A stretch of DNA of 64,000 nt. Origin: an uncultured Mycoplasmatota bacterium (GTDB lineage: Bacteria; Bacillota_I; Bacilli_A; Izemoplasmatales; Izemoplasmataceae). Positions 26,732 through 36,151 of the stretch are shown one piece after another. Every line of letters begins with the position of its first letter. Positions within the stretch are counted from its first letter, which is position 1. The notes under the pieces are model-generated. The model searched no databases. It was not told the origin of the DNA and saw only the letters and a program-made list of their open reading frames with translations. Where the stretch lies: NCBI GenBank assembly GCA_913056275.1, contig CAJXLP010000005.1, positions 1,027-65,026 of the forward strand, given 5' to 3'. A program made the position numbers and the translations under genes.

Positions 26732-27796
26732 ATGGATCCGTTATACAAAGATTTAGTCAATTTACCAGGCGCTCCAAGTTTTGAAAAACCCGTCCGTGAT
26801 TACATGCGTCAGGTGATGAAAGCGGCGGGCGTCGATGTCGTGCAAGATAAACTCGGCAGCATTTTTGGTCATCTCAATCCAGGCAGTAAAGGCCCAAGAG
26901 TCATGCTCGCTGGCCACATGGATGAAGTAGGTGGCTTGGTCACCGGCATCACCAAACACGGCCTCATCAAAATGATTCCTTTAGGGGGCATGAAAGGGGA
27001 CGTCTTTTTATCGCAACACATGGAAATCATCACCGATGACGGGGCGATTCCTGGGGTCACGGCGTCTAAGCCGCCGCATTTATCGCGCGGCTCAAGCCAC
27101 CCCGATACGCCCATTAAATTTGAAGAACTCCGGGTGGATATCGGGGCCGATTCAAAAGAACATGCCGAAGAGCTCGGCGTCAAAATCGGTCAACAAATCA
27201 TTCCGACGAACCAGTACACCGTCTCGAAAGACGGCAAAAAGATTTTTTCGAAAGCCTGGGACAACCGGTTTGGAGCCGGGCTTGCCCTAGACGTCCTTAA
27301 AACACTCAAAGATGAAGCCTTAGACTGTGAATTGTATGCGGGTGCTACGGTGCAAGAAGAAGTTGGTCTACGCGGTGCCCAAACCAGTACATACATGATT
27401 GATCCTGACATCTTTATTGCCGTAGACGCTTCACCATGCGCCGACGTGTTTGACGGCGATGACGTATCTGGTCATTTAGGCGAAGGGTTCCTCGTCCGGT
27501 TTTATGACCCGGTTGCCCTGATGCATCAAGGGATTAAAAAGCATATCTTAAAACTCGCCGAGGCACATGATATTAAATATCAGTACTATCAATCCAAAGG
27601 TGGTACCGATGCGGCCAAGGCTCAATATTCAAAGAGCGGGGTCGTCGTTGCGACCATCGGCATGCCAGCTCGCTACATTCACTCAACGACTTCAATGATT
27701 CACACCGATGACTATGAAAGCGTCAAACACATGGTGCTGACATTGATTCGCTCGATCAATGATGAAACACTTACAACCATTCAAAACGATGTATAA
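26732..27796 (+). CDS. M42-family aminopeptidase
   Basis: LAGHMDEVG, WDNRFG, QEEVGLRGA. Confidence 0.8.
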   Translation: MDPLYKDLVNLPGAPSFEKPVRDYMRQVMKAAGVDVVQDKLGSIFGHLNPGSKGPRVMLAGHMDEVGGLVTGITKHGLIKMIPLGGMKGDVFLSQHMEIITDDGAIPGVTASKPPHLSRGSSHPDTPIKFEELRVDIGADSKEHAEELGVKIGQQIIPTNQYTVSKDGKKIFSKAWDNRFGAGLALDVLKTLKDEALDCELYAGATVQEEVGLRGAQTSTYMIDPDIFIAVDASPCADVFDGDDVSGHLGEGFLVRFYDPVALMHQGIKKHILKLAEAHDIKYQYYQSKGGTDAAKAQYSKSGVVVATIGMPARYIHSTTSMIHTDDYESVKHMVLTLIRSINDETLTTIQNDV

Positions 27797-27858
27797 TTAA
27801 AGCGTATCGCATGGCAATTATAAGGGACCTTGTAAAAGGCCTAAAATAAGGAGGCATC

Positions 27859-28440
27859 ATGCGTAAATCCATTCAAGACATCACCCTCTTGGGGATTTTC
27901 TCTGGGGTGATTATTCTCATGGCACTTGTGCCCCAACTCGGCTTCATTCAAATCGGTTTTATCGCCCTCACCATCATCCATATTCCCGTACTCATCGGCG
28001 GCTATTTTGGTGGTAAACGTGTGGCGATTGGACTGGGCTTAGCCTTTGGCCTCGCCTCGTTCTCCCAAGCACTCATTCGCCCAGTTACCCCGGTTGATTT
28101 ATTGTTTCAAAACCCGCTCATCTCTGTCTTACCACGGTTTTTATTTGGCAGTCTTTTAGCTCTGCTAACGCTGCGTTTAAAACCCTTTAAATCCGAATAC
28201 TTGAACATTCCCCTCGTGTTTGCCCTCGCCACGCTGGCCCATACGGTCTTCGTCTTGGGAAGTTTTTATGTATTTAGTCCGTTTTTTAACCCCTTGCGAG
28301 AATTTACGGATGCGGTCGGTGGCTTCCTGCCATTTTTATGGAGCGTCATTGTGGCAAATGGCATCTTTGAAATATTGGCTGCTGTCTTACTCGCTGCACC
28401 GATCGCTGTGCGGGTGAAAGACGCCTTAAGACTCGACTAG
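27859..28440 (+). CDS. ECF-transporter substrate-binding (S) component; pantothenate specificity suggested only by context
   Basis: Six-TM small membrane protein with the ECF-S-like N-terminus DITLLGIFSGVIILMALVP. It lies immediately upstream of coaX. Confidence 0.55.
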   Translation: MRKSIQDITLLGIFSGVIILMALVPQLGFIQIGFIALTIIHIPVLIGGYFGGKRVAIGLGLAFGLASFSQALIRPVTPVDLLFQNPLISVLPRFLFGSLLALLTLRLKPFKSEYLNIPLVFALATLAHTVFVLGSFYVFSPFFNPLREFTDAVGGFLPFLWSVIVANGIFEILAAVLLAAPIAVRVKDALRLD

Positions 28441-28448
28441 GAGAGGCT

Positions 28449-29174
28449 ATGCTTTACACATTAGACATTGGCAATTCCAACATTGAACTCGCGAGACACT
28501 CAGATCCTTTGGAAACCTTTCGGTTTGAAACGGTGAAAAGTCGCTCGAGTGATGAATACTACCAACGCCTGAAAGACTACTTAGTCGATTGTGACGCGGT
28601 CTATATTTCCAATGTGGTCCCGGCGTTAACCCCGATCTTTGATACGTTGTTTAAACGCTACGTGTCAATTTCTCCGGTCTTTGTCGGCCCCGGCGTTAAA
28701 ACAGGCGTTAAACTTCCCGTCACCAACCCGAAAGAAGTGGGCGCTGATTTGGTAAGTGCCGCAGCGGGTGCGTTGACGTATGGCAGTGAGCGAACCATCA
28801 TTGTCGACATGGGGACTGCGACGACCGTCAGTGTGGTTGAATCCGGGGCGCTTTTGGGGGTTTCCATCATGGTCGGCTTAGACAGTGCACGATCTTGCTT
28901 AGTCGAGCGGGCCTCACAGCTGTCAGAATTTCATTTTGAAATTCCTAAAACCCCGTTAGGTGATTCCACCATTACAGCCTTAAATGCCGGATTTTTATAT
29001 GGGCATGCCTATCAAATTCAAGGCTTTGTAGATGCCTTAAAAGATGCGAACACACGCGTTATTATGACCGGAGGTGCGATGCATCTAATCGAAGCGCTCC
29101 TTCCTCATACGTATACATTCGATCCCGTGCTCATTCATCGTGGATTAGTCGCCATGCATGCCAAGGGACAATGA
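28449..29174 (+). CDS. coaX: type III pantothenate kinase
   Basis: MLYTLDIGNSNIE, IVDMGTATT and MTGG motifs. Confidence 0.85.
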   Translation: MLYTLDIGNSNIELARHSDPLETFRFETVKSRSSDEYYQRLKDYLVDCDAVYISNVVPALTPIFDTLFKRYVSISPVFVGPGVKTGVKLPVTNPKEVGADLVSAAAGALTYGSERTIIVDMGTATTVSVVESGALLGVSIMVGLDSARSCLVERASQLSEFHFEIPKTPLGDSTITALNAGFLYGHAYQIQGFVDALKDANTRVIMTGGAMHLIEALLPHTYTFDPVLIHRGLVAMHAKGQ

Positions 29175-29204
29175 TTGACAAAGGCCCGACCAATTTTTTA
29201 TAAT
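29175..29204 (+). promoter_or_regulatory. sigma-70-like promoter of acpP
   Basis: TTGACA (29175..80), 18-nt spacer, TATAAT (29199..204). Confidence 0.6.
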
Positions 29205-29241
29205 ACATTGAACTTCTTTTACAATTCTTAAGGAGATAATT

Positions 29242-29469
29242 ATGTTTGAAAAAGTGCGAGACATCATTGCCGATGAACTCGGAATTGATCCAAATACGGT
29301 AAAAAAAGACTCCAACATTATTGATGATTTAGACGCCGATTCCCTCGATGCAGTCGAACTCATTATGGCCTTTGAAGAAGCCTTCGATATCGAGATTGAC
29401 GATGACGCGGCCGACGGCTTAGTGACGGTCCAAGCAATCATTGACTATATCCAAGCTAAAAGCCAGTAA
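29242..29469 (+). CDS. acpP: acyl carrier protein
   Basis: DLDADSLDAVELIMAFEEAFDIEI with the phosphopantetheine Ser in DSLD. Confidence 0.9.
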   Translation: MFEKVRDIIADELGIDPNTVKKDSNIIDDLDADSLDAVELIMAFEEAFDIEIDDDAADGLVTVQAIIDYIQAKSQ

Positions 29470-29496
29470 TACTCAGCGATGCTGAGTATTTTTTTT
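29470..29496 (+). terminator. intrinsic terminator after acpP
   Basis: TACTCAGC-GAT-GCTGAGTA perfect 8-bp stem plus an 8-T run. Confidence 0.75.
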
Positions 29497-29540
29497 GCCC
29501 AAATTATGATACAATAATGACCACTTAATAAGGAGATTTT

Positions 29541-32132
29541 ATGGCGCGATTATTGTTGATTGACGGCTCCAACATCATGTTTAAAGCGTATTATGGAACC
29601 GCCTACTCAGGGCAGTTGATGAAACGCTCAGACGGCTTATACACCAATGCTTTATACGGGCTAGTGAACATCTTAAAAAAAGCCATGAAAGACCCCTTTA
29701 CCCACGTCTTAGTTGCCTTTGATGATGGCAAAGAAACGTATCGTCATAAGTCGTATGAGGCGTACAAAGCTGGGCGTAAAAAAATGCCTGAAGAATTTCG
29801 CATGCAGTTGCCCTACATTCATGAATTGATTGAACATCTTGGCTTTTTTGCCTTCCAAGATGCCGCCTTAGAAGCGGATGATATCATCGCGGCTGCGGCG
29901 CATCAGTATTACGATCAATTTGACGCCATTGAGATTATGTCGTCCGACAAAGACTTGTATCAAATTATCAACGCCAAAGTGAAAATTCGAGTATCCAATA
30001 AACAACACAGTGACCACTTGTTTGACGCTGCAATGTTGCATGAGAAATGGGGCATTACCCCCGCGCAAGTGCCAGATTTAAAAGGGCTCATGGGCGATAG
30101 CTCAGATAATTTGCCGGGGATACCGGGAGTCGGTGAAAAAACGGCGCTCAAATTACTCCAAGAGTTCGGGGATTTAGAAACGTTGTATCAGCACGTGAAT
30201 GACATTAAAGGAAAACTCAAAGAACGTTTAATTACCCACCGCGAGGATGCCTTTAGATGGCGAGATATGGCACGCCTCATTACCGATGCTACGATGCCAT
30301 TTACCGTAAATGATTTAGCCTACAACGGACCGCAAGAATCGTTGAAATCATTTTATGAAACCATGGAATTTCATTCCTTACTCAAACGCTTAGAGTCCCC
30401 TAAAAAACGGGAGCCTTTAACCCCCACAACCGCTTCTTGGGAGTCGTACTTTACGGAAGATACGGCGCTGTCTTTTGAAGCTTTTGGGGCCAATTATCAT
30501 ACGCACACTCCGCTGGGCTTTGGCTTTTACAATCAAAAAGGCGCGGCCTTTTTAGACTTTAAAGAGGCCCTAAGCAACGATGCGTTTCTCAGCTTTTTAC
30601 GCAGTGACACGGTCAAAATTACGAGTGATTTAAAACGGCTCATCGTGAGCCTCAACGCGGTGGATCAAACAATCAGTGAACCGACCTTTGACGTGATGCT
30701 TGCAGGCTATGTGTTAGATCCTTTATCCACGCAAGATCACTTGAAAGAAATGGGCACGTATTTTGACCTTGATTTAGACGTCCGTTACGAAAGTGATGTG
30801 TATGGCAAAGGCGCCAAAGCAAAAATTCCAGACCTTGCGGTGTTAAACGCCCATGCCACGGAAAAAGCGAAGGCGTTGTATGAACTTTATAAAGACTTCA
30901 AAGACCGCTTAACTGCGCACGATCAATGGCAACTCTTTGAAACGATAGAAATGCCCTTGGCCCGTGTGTTAGCCGACATGGAAATGACCGGCATTGCGAT
31001 TGATTTAGAGGCCCTTGAGACTTTTAATCGGACGTTGCTTGAAGAAATTCATAGCCTTGAAGAAGCCATCTACTTTAGCGCCGGTGAACCGTTTAATATC
31101 GCTTCACCCAAGCAACTTGGGGAAATTTTGTTTGAGCGCTTGGGATTGCCCGTCATTAAAAAAACAAAGACGGGGTATTCAACGAATGTCGATGTCTTAA
31201 AAAAACTGACCGATGCGCACCCCATCATTCCTGACATCATGCGCTACCGGACACTGACAAAACTGCAATCGACCTACGTAAAAGGATTGCAAGACGCTGC
31301 GAGAAACGGACGCATCCACACCATATATAAACAAGCTTTGACCCAAACGGGACGGTTATCGTCCATCGAACCGAACTTGCAAAATTTACCGATTCGCACC
31401 GAGATTGGCCAACAACTTAGAAAAGTATTTACGAGTGAGCCAGGTCATCTGTTACTGGCCAGTGATTATTCGCAAATTGAACTTCGTTTATTGGCGCATT
31501 ACTCGAAAGACCCAACGATGACAGAAGCCTTTAAGTCGGGCCAAGACATTCATACGATTACCGCGCAGAAAGTTTTTGATAAAGAGACGATTGACCCAGC
31601 CGAGCGGCGCATGGCCAAAGCAGTCAACTTCGGCATTATTTACGGCCAATCGAGCTATGGGTTGAGTGAAGAGCTGGGCATTTCAAAAAAAGAAGCAGAA
31701 GCCTTTATCAGCCGCTACTATGATGATTTTGGAGCAATCAAAGACACCTTGGATGGGTTTGTGGCCAGCGCCTATGAAACAGGCTACGCCTTAACTCTCA
31801 TGAACCGCCGGCGAACCATTAAAGAACTCTCCCAAAGCAACTACATGGTCCGCAGTTTCGGGGAGCGGACGGCCATGAACGCGCCCTTGCAAGGAAGTGC
31901 GGCGGACATTATTAAAAAAGCCATGGTCGATCTAGACGCGGCTTTAAAAGCGGCCCATTTAAAAAGCCGAATGATTTTACAAATTCACGATGAACTCGTC
32001 TTGACGGTCCCGAAAGATGAACGAGATGAAGTTTCAAAGCTCATTCAAACGACCATGGAGCACGTGATGGATTTAAACGTTCCCTTAACGGTCAACATGG
32101 CCTCAGGTGAGACGCTGTATGAGGCGAAGTAA
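29541..32132 (+). CDS. polA: DNA polymerase I
   Basis: 5' nuclease N-terminus LLLIDGSNIMFKAYY. Pol motifs DYSQIELRLLAH, RRMAKAVNFGIIYG and QIHDELV. Confidence 0.92.
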   Translation: MARLLLIDGSNIMFKAYYGTAYSGQLMKRSDGLYTNALYGLVNILKKAMKDPFTHVLVAFDDGKETYRHKSYEAYKAGRKKMPEEFRMQLPYIHELIEHLGFFAFQDAALEADDIIAAAAHQYYDQFDAIEIMSSDKDLYQIINAKVKIRVSNKQHSDHLFDAAMLHEKWGITPAQVPDLKGLMGDSSDNLPGIPGVGEKTALKLLQEFGDLETLYQHVNDIKGKLKERLITHREDAFRWRDMARLITDATMPFTVNDLAYNGPQESLKSFYETMEFHSLLKRLESPKKREPLTPTTASWESYFTEDTALSFEAFGANYHTHTPLGFGFYNQKGAAFLDFKEALSNDAFLSFLRSDTVKITSDLKRLIVSLNAVDQTISEPTFDVMLAGYVLDPLSTQDHLKEMGTYFDLDLDVRYESDVYGKGAKAKIPDLAVLNAHATEKAKALYELYKDFKDRLTAHDQWQLFETIEMPLARVLADMEMTGIAIDLEALETFNRTLLEEIHSLEEAIYFSAGEPFNIASPKQLGEILFERLGLPVIKKTKTGYSTNVDVLKKLTDAHPIIPDIMRYRTLTKLQSTYVKGLQDAARNGRIHTIYKQALTQTGRLSSIEPNLQNLPIRTEIGQQLRKVFTSEPGHLLLASDYSQIELRLLAHYSKDPTMTEAFKSGQDIHTITAQKVFDKETIDPAERRMAKAVNFGIIYGQSSYGLSEELGISKKEAEAFISRYYDDFGAIKDTLDGFVASAYETGYALTLMNRRRTIKELSQSNYMVRSFGERTAMNAPLQGSAADIIKKAMVDLDAALKAAHLKSRMILQIHDELVLTVPKDERDEVSKLIQTTMEHVMDLNVPLTVNMASGETLYEAK

Positions 32133-32956
32133 TGCCAGAACTTCCAGAAGTTGAGACCGTCCGCCGGTCGCTCACTCCATATGTGATCAATCAAACCATC
32201 GCCGATGTAACGGTGTATTTACCGCGCATGGTGAGAACCCATGACCCGAGTGGCTTTCATGCACACTTAGTCGGTCAAACCATCAATGATTTAACGCGTC
32301 GCGGCAAACATCTGATTTGGCACTTCCCAAATTGTTTAATGATTTCACATTTACGCATGGAAGGGAAATTTTTTGTCAGCGAAGAAAGTCTCCCAAAAAT
32401 GCCGCATGAGCATGTTAGAATACAGTTTACAAGTGGCCGCGTTCTCATCTATCAAGATGTCCGCACATTCGGGACCTTTGATTTATATGACAAACCGGCC
32501 GAGTTGTCCACCCTCAAGCCGCTGAAAGATTTAGGCCTTGAACCGTTTGATGCAGGGTTTAGCGGCGCCTATTTACACGACCAATTCAACACGCGTAAAG
32601 GCCCCATTAAACCGGTATTACTCGATCAAACAATTATTTTAGGACTCGGTAACATTTACGCCGATGAAGTGTTGTTTTGTGCCGGGATTCATCCCACACG
32701 AAAAGCCAATAAGATCTCTTTAAAGCGATTAAATAACTTAGCCGACTGTGCAAAAAACGTCTTGAAAAAAGCGATTGAACTCGGGGGAACGACCATTCGA
32801 ACCTATGAAAACTCCCTCGGCATCGACGGATTATTCCAAAACGAACTGTACGTTCATACCTTAGAAAACGAACCGTGCCGAGTGTGTCAGACCCCGATTC
32901 GTCGAATTAAACTGTCGGGTCGGTCCACGTATTATTGCAAAAATTGTCAACACTAG
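32132..32956 (+). CDS. mutM: formamidopyrimidine-DNA glycosylase
   Basis: MPELPEVETV N-terminus and C-terminal zinc finger CRVCQTPI...YYCKNCQ. Confidence 0.9.
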   Translation: MPELPEVETVRRSLTPYVINQTIADVTVYLPRMVRTHDPSGFHAHLVGQTINDLTRRGKHLIWHFPNCLMISHLRMEGKFFVSEESLPKMPHEHVRIQFTSGRVLIYQDVRTFGTFDLYDKPAELSTLKPLKDLGLEPFDAGFSGAYLHDQFNTRKGPIKPVLLDQTIILGLGNIYADEVLFCAGIHPTRKANKISLKRLNNLADCAKNVLKKAIELGGTTIRTYENSLGIDGLFQNELYVHTLENEPCRVCQTPIRRIKLSGRSTYYCKNCQH

Positions 32957-32964
32957 GAGCTTGA

Positions 32965-33564
32965 ATGGCCAAGATTATTGGGTTAACTGGCGGCATTGCT
33001 ACCGGAAAAACGACCGTTGCCAACTTCTTTAAAGAGGCTGGGATACCGGTCATTGAAACCGATCAGATTGCTAAGTCATTATTCACACCAGGCAGTGAGG
33101 TCTACCAAAAAGTCATCGCCATATTCGGTGAAGACATTGTGTTTGCAAACGAAGAAATTAACCGAAAAGCCCTGGGGGAAAAGATTTTTAACGATGACTC
33201 ACTGAGAGAATCACTCAACAAAATCGTCCATCCGGAAGTCCGATTGATTGTTCGCTCGCAGGCCGACGTTTTAAAAAAAGAAGGTCACTCACTCATTGTC
33301 ATCGATGTGCCACTCTTATTTGAAGCGAAGTTTGACCGCGAAGTCGACGTCACCGTCGTCGTGAGTATTCCTAAAACCGTGCAACTCGAGCGCCTAATGA
33401 ATAGAGATTCCATTAAAAAGCCGTATGCACTGAAAAAAATTAACGCGCAAATGTCACTCAAAGAAAAACGCGCAAAAGCCGATTACGTCATTGATAATCG
33501 CGGATCAATTCTCGATACAAAAACTCAATTCAATACGATTATAGCGGCGCTTAAGGAGTCATAA
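32965..33564 (+). CDS. coaE: dephospho-CoA kinase
   Basis: IGLTGGIATGKTT P-loop and ~200 aa length. Confidence 0.85.
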   Translation: MAKIIGLTGGIATGKTTVANFFKEAGIPVIETDQIAKSLFTPGSEVYQKVIAIFGEDIVFANEEINRKALGEKIFNDDSLRESLNKIVHPEVRLIVRSQADVLKKEGHSLIVIDVPLLFEAKFDREVDVTVVVSIPKTVQLERLMNRDSIKKPYALKKINAQMSLKEKRAKADYVIDNRGSILDTKTQFNTIIAALKES

Positions 33565-33929
33565 TGGGGCTATTTAACTATTTTTCCAACCTCGCAGAAA
33601 CGAAAGAACGTCATGAAAAACGCGCGTATCAAACGCACTATTTTAAAACGAATTATAAAAAAGCCAAAGAGGCCTTTTTAGCCTTAGCGGCCGATAATAC
33701 CTGGGAACTTAAAAGTGAAAACGATACGTATGGTGAGTTGTATTTTAAAGCGAAAAAGCATCACATGATCGTCACTATGATTCAAACATCCCCCGCTGAA
33801 ACGGCGGTCGATTTAAAAGTTCAAACGTATTACATCGCGGGCTTTAACCGGCCCAAAAAACTCATTGAGCGGACCTTTCAATCGCTCCAAGAAAGGCTGC
33901 CGCTCAAAGGAACAGGATTGAAAGCTTAG
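33564..33929 (+). CDS. hypothetical 121-aa protein between coaE and the dnaB-like gene
   Basis: ORF with overlapping start and stop (TAATG). No motif recognised. Confidence 0.45.
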   Translation: MGLFNYFSNLAETKERHEKRAYQTHYFKTNYKKAKEAFLALAADNTWELKSENDTYGELYFKAKKHHMIVTMIQTSPAETAVDLKVQTYYIAGFNRPKKLIERTFQSLQERLPLKGTGLKA

Positions 33930-33930
33930 A

Positions 33931-35037
33931 ATGCCAGATACGTTTAGTGTGCGTGGGTTTGGGACGCTTTCAAACGCCCAAATTGACACGTTAAGTCTAT
34001 TGTATTTACCATTGATAAAGCCGGATGGGTTGGCGCTTTATCATTTTTTAGCGAGCATCAATCACCCCGCCTTTGACCGTTCGCTTGATTATCCTGTGAG
34101 TTATCTGTGGGACACATTAAACATCAACCCTGAACGCTTTTTAGACGTGAGAAGACGCTTAGAAGCCAGTCATTTGATCGATACCTATGACGATGACGCT
34201 TACGTATTTGTCGTGCACGCCCCCATTTCCGCCGCGGCCTTTTTTAAATCTCCGTTACTCGCGTACTTAAAAACCGAAATTCCGAAAGAACGCATTCAAG
34301 ATATTAAACAACGCCTCTTACATGCGCCGTCACTTCCGGCGAAAAAAACCAAAATTTCCGCCACCTTTGAGCACGTCTTTGGCCCGTTAAAAGGCCAGTT
34401 TCCTGACAGCGAATCGCTCACGTTTAAAGTGCCGCAGACACTGGATGTCAAGACGTTTTTAGAGCGCATCCCACACACGTGGATTAGTGCTGAAGCGCGC
34501 ACGAGTGCACTCAGTGAGATGCTCACGCACATAGCCTATGTGTATGGGCTTGATGATGCAAAACTCAAGGCAGTCATTCAGCGCACCGTGGCCCAGCATG
34601 CCACGCTTGATTTTGATCATTTGTCTGATCAAGCGGCCGCCCTTTATTTACCGGAGGAGGCGCCTAAAACGCTCGATCTTGATGCCTTTAAAAAGACCCA
34701 TCCGGCGGATGTCTTAAAAGTCTTAACGGGCTCCCACGTGCCGGCTGCAGAACTCAAAATTGTCGACCGCTTGATCCGGGAAAGTGGCCTCAAGCTGGAA
34801 GTCATCAGTGTATTACTCGCGTATGTCATTACTGAACTGAATGGGCAAATGCCCGTCTATAAATACTTTGAACGCGTCAGTGGTCAATGGCACCGCAATC
34901 ACATTTTGACTGCCGAGGATGCCATCGCCCACATCAAAGCGAGTAAAGCCGCGAAAAAAGCGCCGAAGAAAACGCCGAAAGAAGCGCCCACCATCGACTG
35001 GTTCAAAGATTACGTCAAAACAAAGGATGCCTCTTAA
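33931..35037 (+). CDS. replication initiation and membrane attachment protein (Bacillus DnaB-like, DnaD/DnaB domain)
   Basis: The C-terminal stretch ISVLLAYVITELNGQMPVYKYFERVSGQWHRNHILTAEDA fits the DnaB_2 domain pattern. Position upstream of dnaI. Confidence 0.7.
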   Translation: MPDTFSVRGFGTLSNAQIDTLSLLYLPLIKPDGLALYHFLASINHPAFDRSLDYPVSYLWDTLNINPERFLDVRRRLEASHLIDTYDDDAYVFVVHAPISAAAFFKSPLLAYLKTEIPKERIQDIKQRLLHAPSLPAKKTKISATFEHVFGPLKGQFPDSESLTFKVPQTLDVKTFLERIPHTWISAEARTSALSEMLTHIAYVYGLDDAKLKAVIQRTVAQHATLDFDHLSDQAAALYLPEEAPKTLDLDAFKKTHPADVLKVLTGSHVPAAELKIVDRLIRESGLKLEVISVLLAYVITELNGQMPVYKYFERVSGQWHRNHILTAEDAIAHIKASKAAKKAPKKTPKEAPTIDWFKDYVKTKDAS

Positions 35038-35900
35038 TGCAGACATATCCCTTTAAACACCACGATGCACTGGTCGAGAAAATGGCCGATGCCTTTGCCG
35101 ATGACCCCCGCCTTAAAGAATTTTTTATGGCGCATGACGTGTCCTACGAAGCGATTAAAGCCGGGCTTTCTGAACTCGTCCAATACACGCAAGACTTACA
35201 TAAATGCGATGCACCAACCACCGATAAAGGGGACGTCTATAAACCGGTCTTAGGGTTTGTGAATGGCCGGATCACTTTGTCTTATGAACCGTGTGACGCG
35301 TTGGTCGAAAAGCAACGTCACACATCGGGGCACTTGCAAATGGATGCCAGTGCGCTACCGAAAACATTGCGGGCAGCTGACCTTGCGGATTTCCGCCAAG
35401 ATACTAAAGGCCGGCAATCGTTTTATCATAAGATCATGCAGACCGTCAATGCCTATAAACTCGGTGAACCAGTGAAAGGGCTGTATTTACACGGCCCGTA
35501 CATGACGGGGAAAACGTACGGACTTGCAGCCGCGGCAAAACAGTTTTCAACCATGCAGTTAAATGTCACGTTAATGTATTATCCTGACTTTGCCAGAGAA
35601 ATTAAAAGTGCGATCGGCCAAGGCTCTCTAGAAACCCGCATTGCGATGCTCAAAAAAACCGACGTTTTAATGCTCGATGACTTTGGCGGTGAAGGCTATT
35701 CAGCGTGGGTCCGTGATGAAGTGTTAGGGCCGATTTTACAGCACCGCTTACTCGATCAAAAACTCACCTACTTCACGTCCAACATCCCGCCCAAGCAATT
35801 GATTGATCACTTTACCGGTCAAGGCAGCCAAAACGAACAACTTAAAGCCTTTCGTATCATCGAGCGGATTCAAGCATTGGCTGAGCCCCTCGCGTTTTAA
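35037..35900 (+). CDS. dnaI: primosomal helicase loader DnaI
   Basis: Walker A HGPYMTGKTY, Walker B VLMLDDFGGE, and an N-terminal Cys-containing region. Confidence 0.8.
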   Translation: MQTYPFKHHDALVEKMADAFADDPRLKEFFMAHDVSYEAIKAGLSELVQYTQDLHKCDAPTTDKGDVYKPVLGFVNGRITLSYEPCDALVEKQRHTSGHLQMDASALPKTLRAADLADFRQDTKGRQSFYHKIMQTVNAYKLGEPVKGLYLHGPYMTGKTYGLAAAAKQFSTMQLNVTLMYYPDFAREIKSAIGQGSLETRIAMLKKTDVLMLDDFGGEGYSAWVRDEVLGPILQHRLLDQKLTYFTSNIPPKQLIDHFTGQGSQNEQLKAFRIIERIQALAEPLAF

Positions 35901-35901
35901 C

Positions 35902-35930
35902 TTGACAATCGATTGAGAGCCTTATACACT
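35902..35930 (+). promoter_or_regulatory. sigma-70-like promoter of the thrS leader
   Basis: TTGACA (35902..07), 17-nt spacer, TACACT (35925..30). Confidence 0.6.
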
Positions 35931-35939
35931 ACATTTAAG

Positions 35940-36137
35940 CCGATAAAAAGGGCAAACGGGAGCTCCCCATAAGCGACGTAGGATAGTGTAAGCTACGATG
36001 AGTTTCTTACTTCCTTTTTGGCCGAATGATGACTCATTCCGGGTGTGACCGATACTCACGTTAGAGTGCTCATAAAATTATGAGAATAAAGGTGGTACCA
36101 CGAACACGATTTCGTCCTTTAATGAGGGCGTTTTTTA
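35940..36137 (+). promoter_or_regulatory. T-box riboswitch leader of thrS
   Basis: Conserved T-box sequence AAAGGTGGTACCACG (36088..36102), followed by the terminator CGTCCT-TTAATG-AGGGCG plus TTTTTT, which runs into the RBS GGAGG. A candidate specifier ACT at 36009..36011 is tentative. Confidence 0.8.
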
Positions 36138-36151
36138 TTTGGAGGATTTAT

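Noticed and set aside
36080-36151. Longer thrS ORF starting at 36080 (MRIKVVPRTRFRPL...).
   Set aside because: The extension is a translation of the T-box sequence and terminator. The ATG at 36152 has a GGAGG RBS and begins the conserved TGS domain.
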